A stretch of 64,000 bases of DNA, taken from assembly GCA_030295235.1 (NCBI GenBank), contig AP026137.1:310001-374000 (forward strand). The letters are read 5' to 3'. A program made the position numbers and the translations under genes. Source of the stretch: Fistulifera solaris (taxonomy: Eukaryota). Shown in pieces: positions 26,420-39,700 of the stretch; within the stretch, counting starts at the first letter, position 1, and each line of letters opens with the position of its first letter. The notes below the pieces were generated by a model, which was not told where the DNA came from, made no database searches, and saw only the letters and a program-made list of their open reading frames with translations.

Positions 26420-27466
26420 ATGACGACACTTTACAATTTACCAGACGATCTACTCTCCATTGCTCTCAAATATCTTACCCCCTCAGATCTTTGGCGGTTG
26501 GGGCTCGTTTGTCGCAAGTTTCACGGAAACGATCCGATCCAAAATGCCGTTCAGAAAGAATTTGAAGAAAGAGATAAAGCTCTGATTTTGTCGCAGCAAT
26601 ATCCGTCGGAAAGTCCTTTCATGAGTGTTTTGAATCCTCGTCAGCGCGTCATTGCGTTTGAGCGATGCAGCTCATTTGCAAGGGAAATGACACAAGAAGC
26701 ACAACGACACGAGAATCGTGATAGTTCTTGCAAAGTGCCTGACTGTAAATTTCCCGATTTGCACTGTTGGATCCCAGAATCAATGGATGGACTGCGAGGT
26801 GAAAAATACTACTCCGTATCTATTTTTCTGTCAATTTACTCGTCGTGACAACCTCTTGTGGCAAGGGTTTGTGAAAGAATACGATCTGGAGCCGGACTTG
26901 GAGAGTCCTATGGATGATCTTCGTCGTCTACCGGACGGTAAGCTGAAGAGAGTCACGAAGTTGTTGGGCACTGAGAAAGGCAATCTTTGGGAACATTTTT
27001 ATGATTCCTTTGTTGAGGGTTCGGAAGTCACGCTTCATCTCGACACTAGCAACGTCGTCGCACTAGGGAAAATCGCATGGGCTCTGATTTACACGTGACA
27101 CTCGTCAGTCTGATCCTTTCTCGGGATGAACGGCCACCCGAACTACGGCTTCATTACTCGTCGCGGAGGCATTATGTTCGCCTTTCTCCTCTAAATGAAG
27201 GATCACCGTCCGTCGACGTTTTGCGCGACCAATGCATAGCAGTCCACAAACGGGAGTACGCTGATTACGCTACCTTAGTATTGATCTGGAACACCATGTC
27301 TTGTCTTCATAGCTTGTCTCTGTGCTATAATTTCGACAACGGAAAGGATAATGATAGGGACCTTCATCAGTATATTAACGGTTCCGATTATGACGACGAC
27401 GGTGAAAGCTTTATGGATTATGACGATGACAGTGGAAGTTATGAGGATTATGAGTTTTCCGATTAG
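26420..27466 (+). CDS. F-box-like family member 2 (two homopolymer frameshifts)
   Basis: LYNLPDDLLSIALKYL, FERCS.FA.EMT, LLWQGF, LHVTLVSL, PELRLHYSS; acidic tail. Confidence 0.75.
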
Positions 27467-28117
27467 AAATGAGTTTGCTCTTCATGGACAGTACACGGAG
27501 CAACTTTTAGGGATGGAATATGTTTGCGTACAATTGGTGGTCAGGACCTTACGGATTATGTCGCTGGCGTTCGAAAACGTGACCCCAGGGAAAAGGATTG
27601 TGAACAGTGTTCGCTCATGGCCGTGCTTTTGTATGTGCTTCTCAAATACCAGTATCATACAAATTTCCCAGAAGTGAACAAAAAACTGTGGCTGGTGTCG
27701 TTGCTTGTTCCGTCATACGTTTCTATGCTGGATGTAAAGGAAATGCCGATGCCAATGATGCGCCACTAATACGATCATGCATCATCGCTCGGCGCTCGTC
27801 GCTCGTCGGCATAGCGAGTACTTGTATCCTAGATCCTAGAGTTCTCATTACTCATTCCGTCTCGTCAAAAATCTCACCGGTTTTCGACCTCCTCACCAAA
27901 CGGCCTACTTGGTTCTCTTGTTGAGAACGTCACGTCTCACAAGTATCGATTTTCTATCGTATTCCCACGAATCATCGTCATTTACCCCGTCTTCGTCCTC
28001 TGTTCCAGTTCCATTTTCTTTGCTCCAAAGGCGAGAGAGTAATCCACATAGCCGACGAGCAGAAAGACACTCCTACCACTAATTGCATTCGTTATCGCTG
28101 AAAGATCCTCTGAAACG

Positions 28118-29102
28118 ATGTCAACCCTGTTCAATATACCAGATGATGTGTTCTCCAGCTATATCTTCAAGTATCTTACCGGCACGGATCTGTGGCGCCT
28201 ACAAAGTGCTTCTCGCCGCTTAAGCCCGAATGATGTGACAAAGACTGCCATTCAGAGAGAGCTTGTAGCCAGGGATAAGACTTTGATCCTGTCACAGAAT
28301 TATCTCCCGGACAGTCCTCTTATGGATATTTTCGATCATGCGCGGCGCGTATTGTCGTTTGAGCGATGTAGCGACTTCGCTTGGAAAATGACACGGCAAG
28401 CACAAAGGCATCAAAGGCGTGGCTTTTTCTTGTAAGAGGTCTGCCTGTAGATGCCTTGACCTACATACAGACATCCCGGAGTTAGCGAATGGAAAGCGAG
28501 ATGGAAAGATTTATTTGTTTTTCGTGCAATTCACTTCCAAAGGCGAGCTGCTGTGGGAAGGATTTCTTCGGGATTACGATCCACAAGCGGACGTGATCAC
28601 TCCGATGGACGACCTTCTTCGTAAGCCCGATGGAGAGTTGAATGAAGCTACGGAGGTACTAGGCTCGACAGTCGGCGACGTATGGGTCGAGTTTGAGCAA
28701 AGCTATGTGGAGGAGTCGAACGTTGAGTTGCACCTTGACACTAGCAACGTCACGAATTTGACCAAAGAGGATGTAAATTCTTCTCTGCATGTGACACTTA
28801 TCAGTTTGATTCATTCACCCGAGGAGTCAGGGTCTATACCACAGCTACGACTGCACTACTCGTCGGAGGGATGTCCACAGCTGTCTTCACCCACGTACGA
28901 CTCGCCGTCCATCGACATATTACATGACCAATACGTGACTTTATGGAAGAACGATCATGCGACTCCTTTCTTGATTTGGAAGTCGAAACCTTGCCTTCAT
29001 AGTTTCTCGTTGCTTTACAACTTTGATTTTGACACGTACACGTTTGACCATGACATGTTTTACGATTTTTCGACGAATGAGAAGAACAGCAGGAAATCAT
29101 GA
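28118..29102 (+). CDS. F-box-like family member 3 (one frameshift near 28427)
   Basis: LFNIPDDVFSSYIFKYL, LLWEGFL, LHVTLISL, QLRLHYSS. Confidence 0.78.
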
Positions 29103-29603
29103 GAGCTTGATTATGGGGCTTCACGCACGTGCGGATCTAATAGCGATAACTTGAGCTTTGTAAGCGTTTGGGGACCTCAGTATTTTGCACCATTTGAATT
29201 AGTCTCATTATAAGTACAGTCGCTCGCAAACTCATTCGTAGTATAAGTCTTGCGCGACTGCAGGCGCGATTCATAAGCTTCCATGGCCGCTTTCTCACAG
29301 CCGTACTAATGAAAACAGATGCTAGAGAGATGCTTTATGAATGGGAATAAATTAGACTACCGATAATGATTACTGGTATCGTCGCATAAAAGGCGCAAAG
29401 TGATTTTTTTCTTTTTTTATTATTGCTTCGAACATTTTTGTAAACTTCTTCAACTCTTATCGGTTTTAAAAAAAGACTGCGACGATATGCGCGGCGCGGC
29501 GCGACGATCGCCAAGATCATCGCACAGAAGGCGGTGTCAAAGATTTTCTTATTGAACGGCAACACAATACCTGGTACCTGGTAACAAAGTTTAGGCAGTC
29601 AAG

Positions 29604-30566
29604 ATGTCAACGCTTCTTACTATACCAGACGATCTCCTCTCGACTTATATTTTCCAGTTTGTCCCCGCTGACGAACTCTGCCGTTTGAAGCAAGTTTGTC
29701 GACGATTTTCAAGGTCAAGTTTGCAAAGCGATCAAAAAACGAGAGAAAGCCTTGATTTTATCAGAGCAAATCCCCCCGAAAAGCCAACTTTTGTCTCTAG
29801 TCGATCTTTATCAACGCGTCTTTCTGTTTGAGAAATGTAGCTCATTTGCATGGGAAATGACCTACCACGCACAACGACACAAAACGCGTGGCTTTGTCTG
29901 TAAGGCGAAGGACTGCCCGTATATCGACCTTGACGTTGATTTTCAAGGGTACCAGAGTTGCCAGTATGACAAGAAAATCTACTCGTTTTTCGTCCAGTTC
30001 AGTAATAATTCCAAACTACTGTGGGAAGGCTTTTGAGCTATTCCAGTTTACAGGAAAATGAAGTAAAGCCAATCGACGATCTCCTTCGGCAGCCAAATGG
30101 AGAACTGCTTGATGTCACGGAGGTTATGGGAGAAGACGTCGGTAATGCATGGAATAAATATCGCATTAGAGACTCGAGGAATATTGATGATGAAGTGCAT
30201 CTCGACGCCGGTAATGTATTTAATTTCACAAAAGATGATGTGACAAATTACTTGCACGTGACAGTTGTAAGCCTCGTTCACTCGATCGAACAACCAGAAG
30301 CACCCCCGGAGCTACGGCTTCACTACTCAACTTTATTCAATGGTCCACGAATGCTTCACTTTAACCAAGACTTGCCGTCTTTTGACGGTTTGCCTATTCA
30401 AAGCACGACGATTCACGATAGGGAGGAACTGGGACTCATCATCCCGATACTGCTTTGGAAGTCGCCAACCCGTCTTCATAGTTTCTCGTTGCTCTATTAC
30501 AGCAAAACACTTGAATACTACAATGAGATCGTTGACAACCATCGTCCAGTCGACGACTTTGACTAA
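29604..30566 (+). CDS. F-box-like family member 4 (frameshifts near 29708 and 30033)
   Basis: LLTIPDDLLSTYIFQFV, LLWEGF, LHVTVVSL, PELRLHYS. Confidence 0.75.
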
Positions 30567-31264
30567 TACTGGAAAGACTATGTATGTTGACTTGGAACTT
30601 GGAAGGCGGCAAAATGATGTCTTTCGATTACAAGCGACAACCACTCTGTATTAAATTTAATGAATCTTTAAAAGCTTAGAGAGAAACAAGTTATCATGAC
30701 TTTGTCGCCGCTGAATGCTGGTCTGTTCAAACCTTTATGTCGTCGCGCTTCCGATGCTCCAATGGTTCCTAACAAGCGAGCCCTTTCGGCCTATTTCTGT
30801 GTCACTCTGTTAATTCATGCATTACTGCTTGCGGTTGGTGAGGAGTGAGGGTCTCCGTCGCTCATCAAATAATCATCAATCTCTCTAGCTAAACGTCTTA
30901 AGCTCATACCGGTACCAGCACTTCTTTATTACGAGTACAGTACTGAGTGAGTATAGGTTTATGATGAGATCATTTTTCAAGTTTTTTTTTGGAGAAACCC
31001 TTTTGTTTGCAAAACACTGCTGTGCGCACAAAATAATCCATCTAATTTTCATGAACCAATGAGATTTATACTTCGCATGTTGCGTGTTCGCCAACGATAA
31101 TAAATTGCCATGCCACCGCCGTCCTGCCTTGTTCTCGCCATCACAGATGCAGATATCGCGGATAAAGCGGCGTTCATCGAGGACGTGGAGCTCGCATTGC
31201 CATCATCACCCTTTTGAACGACGCTGTTGGAAGCCTCTCCTCCGCCATTCATAGTCAAACAAAA

Positions 31265-32289
31265 ATGTTTACTTTACTTGAATTACCGAACGACTTAATC
31301 TCGAGCGTTCTCAAGTTTCTCAGTGCCGCTGATCTCTGGCGTCTTGGGGCTGTGTGTCGCAAGTTTCATGGATACGATCCAGAGGGAAACGTCGTTGATG
31401 AAGAGTTTAAAGCAGAGATTAAGCTTTGACTTCGTCAAAGCAGGTCCCTCCGGAAAGTCCCATACTCTCTATCTTCGATTACCGTCAACGCGTTCTTTCG
31501 TTTGAGAGGTGCAGCGCATTCGCAGCGGAAATGGCAAAGAAGCGAAACATCACGAGCCTCGTGACTTTTATTGTAGAGACCCTAACTGCAAGTTTGTGGA
31601 CCTCCACTTAAGAATCCCAAGATTGTCGCAAGGGCTTCGAAATGGAAAGAACTACGTGTTTTTGCTCACTTCGCACACAACGAAAGGCTGGTGTGGCAGG
31701 GTTTTTTGAACGACTACGATTCGCTATCGGATGGAGACAGCCCAATGGATGATCTGCGACGTGGCCCAAATGGAGAACTGAATGACATTGCCGACGTATT
31801 GGGTGCCGAAGGCGGCCTTTTATGGGATAAGAGAGCTCAAGATGTTTTTTCGTATGCAGATAATAAAGTTCATTTCAAAACTGGTAACATATCTAATTTG
31901 AAGAGACAACATCTCAATCCGGATCTACGCGTGACTTTGGTCAGCTTGATCCACTCTCGAGAGCCTTCTGCGCTGCAACCAGAGCTACGTCTACACTACT
32001 CGTCACAGGGAGAACCAAAGGTCTCGTCACCAACCCATGACTCACCAGCTTTTGACATTTTGCATGAGCAAAGGGTGACAAGATTCCGCGTCAAAATGAT
32101 GATGATTCAACTCCAGTCTTTATCTGGATGTCGGAATCTTGCCTTTACAGTGTGTCGTTGCTTTACACATTTGGTGATGACAATGATAGCTTCGCTGATA
32201 GGGACTACTACGACGATTGGGACAATGATGGTTGGAATGATAACGATTATATGTATCCTTGGGATGACGATGATGACTATTGGGATTAA
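31265..32289 (+). CDS. F-box-like family member 5 (four frameshifts and a possible stop; may be a pseudogene)
   Basis: LLELPNDLISSVLKFL, WQGFL, LRVTLVSL, PELRLHYSS; D/W/Y-rich tail ending TAA at 32289. Confidence 0.65.
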
Positions 32290-32352
32290 ACGCGAGTCAA
32301 AAGAAAGCTGCTTCTTTAGCATAAAACAAATAACGCATCAGATTGCTCTTCT

Positions 32353-33250
32353 TCAAGCGTTTGCCACAGCATCATCATCATCTTCCGTATCATTCCTGAC
32401 AGCATGATACGGCTCGCCAAACGTATCGGCAAACACGACTTCTTTTAACGGCAAACGAGGTGTGTATTGAATGCTGGACTCTTCGTATTCGTACCCCATC
32501 GCTACCACGAGAGGAACATGATAGCGATCCGGAATCCGTAACACTTCTTTCATTTGATTGCCGTCAAATCCTTCCATCACACACGTCCCTAAATCATGCG
32601 ATGTGGCGGCCAAAATCAACGATTGGGCCATCAATGCCGTCTGTTTCGTCGACCACGTTTGAATCGGTTCAATTTGGGGTTGTGGCTGTTCGGTAGATGA
32701 CGAAAGTACTTTAGTCACACCCTGTTTCAATGCGGTCGCCAAATGTCCTTCTCCCAACAAGAAGGATGTATACAGGGGCAACATGGACAAGTAGGCGGGA
32801 TGTCGATGTCCTTGTTCCAATTGCAAAATGCGGGATATTCGTTGACTGGCTTGCAAATCGGCCAAAAAGACCGCCATGGCGGAACAATCCTGGGTACGAT
32901 ATTGATTTCGAGGTCCTAACATGACATGGTCGGCCAGTTCTTGCAGGGTTCCGCGATTTTGAACCAGAATGACTTGGGTCGGTTGTAAATTGAAACTGGT
33001 GGGTGTGCGCTGTTGTTTGTGTGATTGTTTGATAAAAGAACATATTGCCGTCATCCAAAGAGTAAGGGTATAAGCAAGCTATCACATCGAATACAATTCG
33101 TTTAACAAGCAAATAACATGAAATAAAACGTACCAAAGTCGACTCGAGAATGTCTTGAAGAGTTTCCGGAGGAATGCAACGACCGGTTTGAAAGCGATTG
33201 ATCGTTCTTCGTTGATGTGCAATAGCACGAAAGACTTGTGCTTTCGACAT
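32353..33250 (-). CDS. Nitroreductase family protein
   Basis: RRTINRF, TPTSFNLQP, LILAATSHDLGTCVMEGFD, VVAMGY; intron 33010-33133. Confidence 0.88.
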
Positions 33251-33697
33251 TTTGTTTCAACCGTCGTTTGATTGATTTAAGAGAGGAAAAGATTGATTTG
33301 TTATGAAGAATGCTCGATGAATATTTATCATCACGTACCGTCAAACTTATCAAATCTCATCATGGTCGCTTTTTTCTTTGGCAGCCGCAAAATTTTTCGT
33401 CCGTCCACGTCATCCATGAATGACTCCTCGTTCGGGTCAGTCACCATTCATTCGTCACGGATGCGGAAGTACAAAGGTACCGGTAGGACATAAACGAAAG
33501 TCGAGTCAGTCACGGATAGATCGAATCCGACCGAAAAACTGCTCCGCAAAAAAAAAAAAACTGCTCGCGTTTTCATTTTTTCAAAGAAAACGGCACGACA
33601 CGTTTGAAACCAAGGATGTTTTATTCTCTCATTCGCATAACATTCTCATAATTTCACATCCTCTCACACAAAACAGCATTAACCAACAAACCTAAGC

Positions 33698-33997
33698 ATG
33701 ACAAACAGTCATCCGCCCTCCGTCGAAGCGTACAAACATCGTTATCGCGGACAGATCTTTCGTCCCAAGGCCACGGCACCCTACTTGGTGCCTTCTTCTT
33801 CGGAAAGTGAGGACGATTCCCTTGCAACGAAAGAACGTTGGACGACACCCGCCACTCCCACCAACTCGATGGAGGTGGAATTGTGGAGAGATGAAGAAAC
33901 ACGTCAAGCCGATGAGGACATGCTGGATTCGTTTCAGCGAGTGATGGACGACCTGGTGCGACAAGCCATTCGAGATATTGATGCCGGCAATTATTAA
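33698..33997 (+). CDS. Hypothetical small acidic protein (99 aa)
   Basis: ATG-to-TAA ORF filling the gap between two genes, with an A/C-rich leader. Confidence 0.45.
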   Translation: MTNSHPPSVEAYKHRYRGQIFRPKATAPYLVPSSSESEDDSLATKERWTTPATPTNSMEVELWRDEETRQADEDMLDSFQRVMDDLVRQAIRDIDAGNY

Positions 33998-34096
33998 CAA
34001 GAAACGGAGCGATCAGTTGTTGTGATGAATATTGATTGATGAGTATTGATAATGAATAGAACCGAAAAAATGCTTTCTTTGCACTCGTCACTTGGC

Positions 34097-36464
34097 TCAC
34101 ATATCCGGAAGGATTCCATTCGATCCAGCTCGTTCCACCATATGTCGATACAATCCATTCGGTCGTTTCATGAGTTCGTCATGGGTCCCCTGTTCTCGCA
34201 CAAAACCATCTTGTAGAAAAGCAATGCAATCGGCATGTTGCACCGTGCGCAATCGGTGTGCCACAATCACGGTCGTCATGGATCGATTGTTGATCCACCA
34301 TTCTTCGAGTGCTTCTTGGACGGCCTGCTCGGAGGCAGCATCCAAAGCTGAAGTGGCTTCATCCAACAGCAGTAAAGATGGATTCAGTAAAATGGCCCGC
34401 GCAATAGCGATGCGTTGCTTTTGACCACCCGATAATTGGACGCCCCGTTCTCCCACGGTCGTTTCGTAACGATCGGGGAAACGGTCGATAAAGCCATCGG
34501 CGTGGGCCAAGCGGGCCACGCGTTGCACTTCTTCGAATGAAACCCTTCGGCGGACTCCGTAAGTAATATTGTCGCGGAGTGTGCCGGAAAAGAGACCGGA
34601 TCTTGTGTGACAACTCCAATGTGACGACGGTGTTGCAAAAGATCCATTGCTTTCAAATCCATTCCGTCAATCCGTATACTCCCACCAGTCGGATCATAAA
34701 AACGTTGCAGTAGATTGATGATAGTTGTTTTCCCACATCCCGAACACCCGACCAAGGCCATCGACTTTCCGTGAGGGATTTCTAAATGAAGATTTTGTAG
34801 CACGGGTTGATTGGGTCTACTGGGATAACAAAAGTTGATTCCAAGCAATTCCACATGGTATTTTTGCGTCTCCTGGATCGAATTTTCAAGTTGCTCATCA
34901 TGGTCAGTTTCGCGAGATTCATCGGCCCGTACCGATAATGCGTTCACTGACGGGGGCGGCGGTGCTCGGTCCAACAACTCGAATACCTTATCTCCAGCTC
35001 CCGATGATTTGATCAAGGACGAATACGATTGAAATAGATTCAAAGTTTCATTTTGCAATTGACTTTGGTATAGCATGAAGGCCAGTAGTACTTCCGGTGT
35101 CAGTTTGTGCTGCGATATCAAAAGCGATCCAATCCACAGTAGTGAGGCTTGAACGACCGTGTTGATGAGAAACGTGCTGATACTCATGTAATAGACACCT
35201 GTCATGAACAGCTGACGGACATTGAGTTGAAATTGACGATCGATTCGGTGACTGTATCGATCCCATTCCTTTGTTCAGCGGCAAAGGCAATGACTGTCCT
35301 AATATTGGCTATCGCTTCCTGCGCCACTGCATTGGCCCCGGCTAGAGCTTCTTGCACTTTTGTAGCATTTTGACGCAACCAATCTCCGTACACTTTGTTG
35401 ATGATGGCCACAAATGGGATGATACATAGAGTGCAAGCTCCCAGTGTCGGACTCCGAATCATCAAATAGGTGACAATCCCCACAATGCGGACGAAGGACT
35501 CGACACTGAATCGGAAAAACCAGGTCAAATCTCCCGCCATTTCACTGCAATCACTACTGAGTCGACTGGACAATTCACCGGACGAGTGCGTGTCAAAGAA
35601 GGCTACCTCTTGTCGGATGATCTTGGCAAACAAATCCAAGCGCACCCCTCGAACGATCCGTTGATTGGCGTACCCGAACAAGAAAATGCACCAAAAGTCC
35701 AAGGCAGCGTCGATGCTTCCGAATATGAATAGTAACAGGATTTCGTGTTGCGCTTTGTGAAAGTCTGCGTGACCGAGTGCCGACAGGGTCGTCGAAACAA
35801 AGTGGGGAATCGATAAAGAAAAAGGAAGTCGAATCAATAGGGCGATGCAACCGGCGTACAAATAAAATACCTCGGGTGCGGCTAATTGCAGTAGTCGCGT
35901 CGTTCCTCGAATGCGATTGCTTGGATGGCTTTCATTGTTTGTAGGAGCTTCATCCTCGTGTGCCGAATCGTCGTCGTCGTCATCATCCATTTCGAGCAGT
36001 CGATAACCTCCTTCTTCATCGTCTTTTTCGTGCTGATCCCAAGAAAGAAAATGATCGTTATCAGACGCTTCCTGCGAATCATCATCATTCACGGGTTGAA
36101 AGATCACTTCTTCTTCCTCTTCGTCGTCTTTGGTGGGCGGCCAAAAGGAAATCATTAATCCAGCGCATGCCGCCACAAAAATCCAAGCTCCACCGATCAG
36201 AAATAAAAGCGAGGAAGACAGCGTTCCCAGAATGAGGAGGGTGAGACCCGTGCAGCACGACGTTGACAATGCACCGCGACACAGTTGCACCGATGCAGCG
36301 TCACGATCGCTGAGAGACGGAATCGTCAGCCACAGATTCGATGCCGCTTGACTCACAAGTATTACCATGACCAGCAGTGACTCATCGCTTTGATACTTCC
36401 AGCCGACCGCGACGGCAAATAGACCCGCCTGGGCGAGACCGGAGAAGAATCTCGTCAAATACAT
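34097..36464 (-). CDS. ABCB/TAP-like half-size ABC transporter
   Basis: TMD (QEVAFFD, ELSSRL), Walker A GCSGCGKTT, LSGGQKQRIAIARA, LLLDEATSALD; frameshifts. Confidence 0.93.
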
Positions 36465-36763
36465 AATTGTTTCGGGCCCTCGAGTCTAGAAAGTTCATTC
36501 AAAATTAGTTAATTGTATGTCAGCATCGACTGAGATGATTTTTCGTTCTTTCGGTGTGCGTGTGTGAAGTAAACTTTGTTATGGTGAACGAGGAAGCGAA
36601 GCGGCAGAAGAAGAAGTTGTGAAAATCAGCAGGTGTCATGGTCGCGACGAATTTTCGTTTGTCGTCGTGTGAAAAGGGCCAGTTGCTGTCGCATCGGTGA
36701 ACAACGTTTCATAGTAACCTTACTAATCGAGAAAAATGGCTTTACTATTTTTCGCAATAAATA

Positions 36764-39700
36764 TTATGGTTGCATCCACTGGCCTCGCAATCGCAGTGCC
36801 ACACTTTCCAACTGCTGCGAAGCGGCTCGACTGGCCGCCCGCATTTCACGAAGTTGGGTTCGCGGGGCTTTCTCGGTATTGGTCAAATCAATCAGTTTCA
36901 CCGAGGCTTTTTGGAGACGCGATTGCACCAATGCGGTTTGAAGCAGTATGGAATCATCATTCTTCTTGTGTTGCACCGATGGTAAAGGGGCTAGTTCCGA
37001 CATGGCCTTGGCGGTAGCAATCGCTTGCCATTTCCATGATTCACGTAGAGCTTCTTGCAATGCCGGACGGAACAGCGAGGCTTCCAGGGAAAGGTTCGTG
37101 TCGGGTCGATTATTCGAAGATGTGTCGCTGATTGAGGTGAGAGCACGGCGTGGAGCTCCTTTGCGGCCGCTGGCGGTATCTTTCAGAGATCGTATTTCGC
37201 TCTCGTATTCATCGACTTGATGTTGCAAGACATCCATTGCTTCCATCAACTGTCAAACAAGAAAGAAAGCGATGAGTCGCGATTTACATCCACAACACAT
37301 GATACAAAATACTGTAGCTGGTACGTACCACTCGATTCTCTTCCAAAAGCGTGTTGTATTCTTGTGATGATTTCAAGTCGGTTGACATGTTTCGCGGTGC
37401 GGTGACGTTTGATTTGGCTAACATTCGTTCAAGTTCCGACAGACGAGCATTTTGCATGGCAAGCTCCTTAGCCCGGGAGGATAGGTTCTGAAGGATTGTG
37501 CTTGCAATGAGTAACTTTTATAGAATACAGATCCAATATCGTTTTGCAACCTTACCTTCTCGAGATTTGCAATCTTGCTTTCAGCATTATGCAGCTTGGG
37601 TTCGTTTTCAACGGCAGTAGTCAAACTGCTCTCAATTTGACGCGATCGGATCAGATAATTGACATCTTCGCCATCACCATCGATTTCTCTAACGGTCTTG
37701 AAGAGAGCGGAAAGTCGATCCCAAACGTCATCTGCTTCCGGTGATAGGGGATGGAAGGAGCCTTCCTCGGTTGGATTTAAGTTCGCAGCTCGAAGCGCCG
37801 CGGAAAGCTGAGTAAGCGACCGAAGTGCCGAATCCACAGCAGCTTCACATGTATTTACATCGCCACCCGCTATAATAACTTCCTGAACCGACTGCAAAAG
37901 CAGCGACGAATCTTTCGTGACAGATGACACCAGGTTAGCAAAATTGGAAACCATGCTTTCGCCCGTGATATTCATGTTGGAAAAACGCAAACACGCTGAC
38001 GATGCTTGCACGCCACATTGCTCCACTTTGTTGTAAATTTCGTTCAAGGATGCCGCTTCAGTGGAGTCTTCTGCATTGATCACCGACGATAGCATGGCAG
38101 CCGCGCCCATGCATGAAAATTTCGACAATGATACTTCCTTTAGTAAGTTGAGACCTGGAGGGTTCCAGTCCGTTGGTACAAGTGGACCTTCTTCGCGGTC
38201 GAGGTCTGTTTCTAATTGATGGAACGTATTTTTGGTTGCTTGGCGCAAACGTTCGATATTAGATTGCTCTGCTATCAATGCGCCTTCCTCCTTCATCGAC
38301 TGCAGAACATTACCCAATACCAAATCCAAATCTAACATCGAATGACTAAGTAGGGCTCCAAGCTCACTGGACACTTCAGGACTAAGTAGATCCGGCCATT
38401 GCCCTGCGGCAAGGTAGCGAATAAGACCGCTGGATACATTGACGATATCGAGAGCATATTCGGTCTGATGAAACATCGTCGCGACTTCCGCTTTGACTTG
38501 GTCAGATACTGCAACAATCCCAATCGCAGTTTTCTGTTCCGAGGGGATAGGAGGACGAATGGATCTGGTGAATGAAGTGGTGATCGCCGCTAACGACTGC
38601 GATGCCTTGCTCACTACCTTGGCCGTCAGCAATTCTCCCTTGATGGCAGCAACTTCGGCACCCACAGCAGAATGTGGTAACAATGTTTCCAAGCGAGTTG
38701 ATAGCTGCCGATAGATTTGTTGATCAATTTTATCCATAACAGCTTTGGCCTCACGCTTACGCAGAGCGGCAGCATCGGCCACCATTTGGGCCGCTTTCGC
38801 CAACGCCTTTTGGGATGACGCTATGAGACTCTTCTGCTTGCCCTCCCCGCCTTCTTGAAGATCGATGAGAGTTTGCTTTTCCATCTTCAGCGTCTCCACG
38901 GTCGTTCGATAATTTGCGATAGTTCGGCGCATATCTTCTTCACGGCGGCGTTGCCTGAATTAGAGAAAATAAAATGAGCATAAGCCCTATATGTACAAAA
39001 GCCAACGCAGTACGAAGTTGAAACATCTTACATTTTGATGGCCTCCTCCAGATTCCGAATAATTGTATCGCGGCCTTCCAAGTCCCGATTGATGGCTTTG
39101 AGTTCATCCGCTTGCACTTCTTCCATTTCGGCTGCCAACTCTGCCGCTTCCTCCAATTCACGTATGGTGGATTGCAGCTGGACAATATCTTCCTCCAATG
39201 ACAAGACGCGATCGCTCAAGTCTTCAACCATTCCTTCAAACGCCGCTCCCTGCTCGACCATATCTTTGAGTTCGTTAATTTCATCTTCCATCCGCGTTTT
39301 TAGTTGTCGAAGAGACTCCAACTCGTTCATCATTGCTTGACTGGATGCTATTTCCTTTTCAGCATCTCGCAATTGGCGTTGCAACTCCATCTTTTCGACC
39401 GAAGACTGTTCTCGGACACGAATTAGCGCTTGTCGGAAACGGGCATTTTGCAATGCCAGTGCTTGTGCCTTGTCTTCGGCATCCATGTCCCCCATGGTCT
39501 CTACGTCAACGGCACGTTCGTTCAGCTGTTTGGCATCTTCCAATTCCAATCGTAATTCGTCCACTTGTATCTGTGCCGTTTCTGCATCAATTTTGAGTTC
39601 TTCGTACCGATCTTCCAAAATTTCCTTTTCTTCTAATAGCTGCTCCTTGTCTAATGTCAAGTCTTCCAACGCATGCTCCAATTCTACATGTTCTTTTCCA

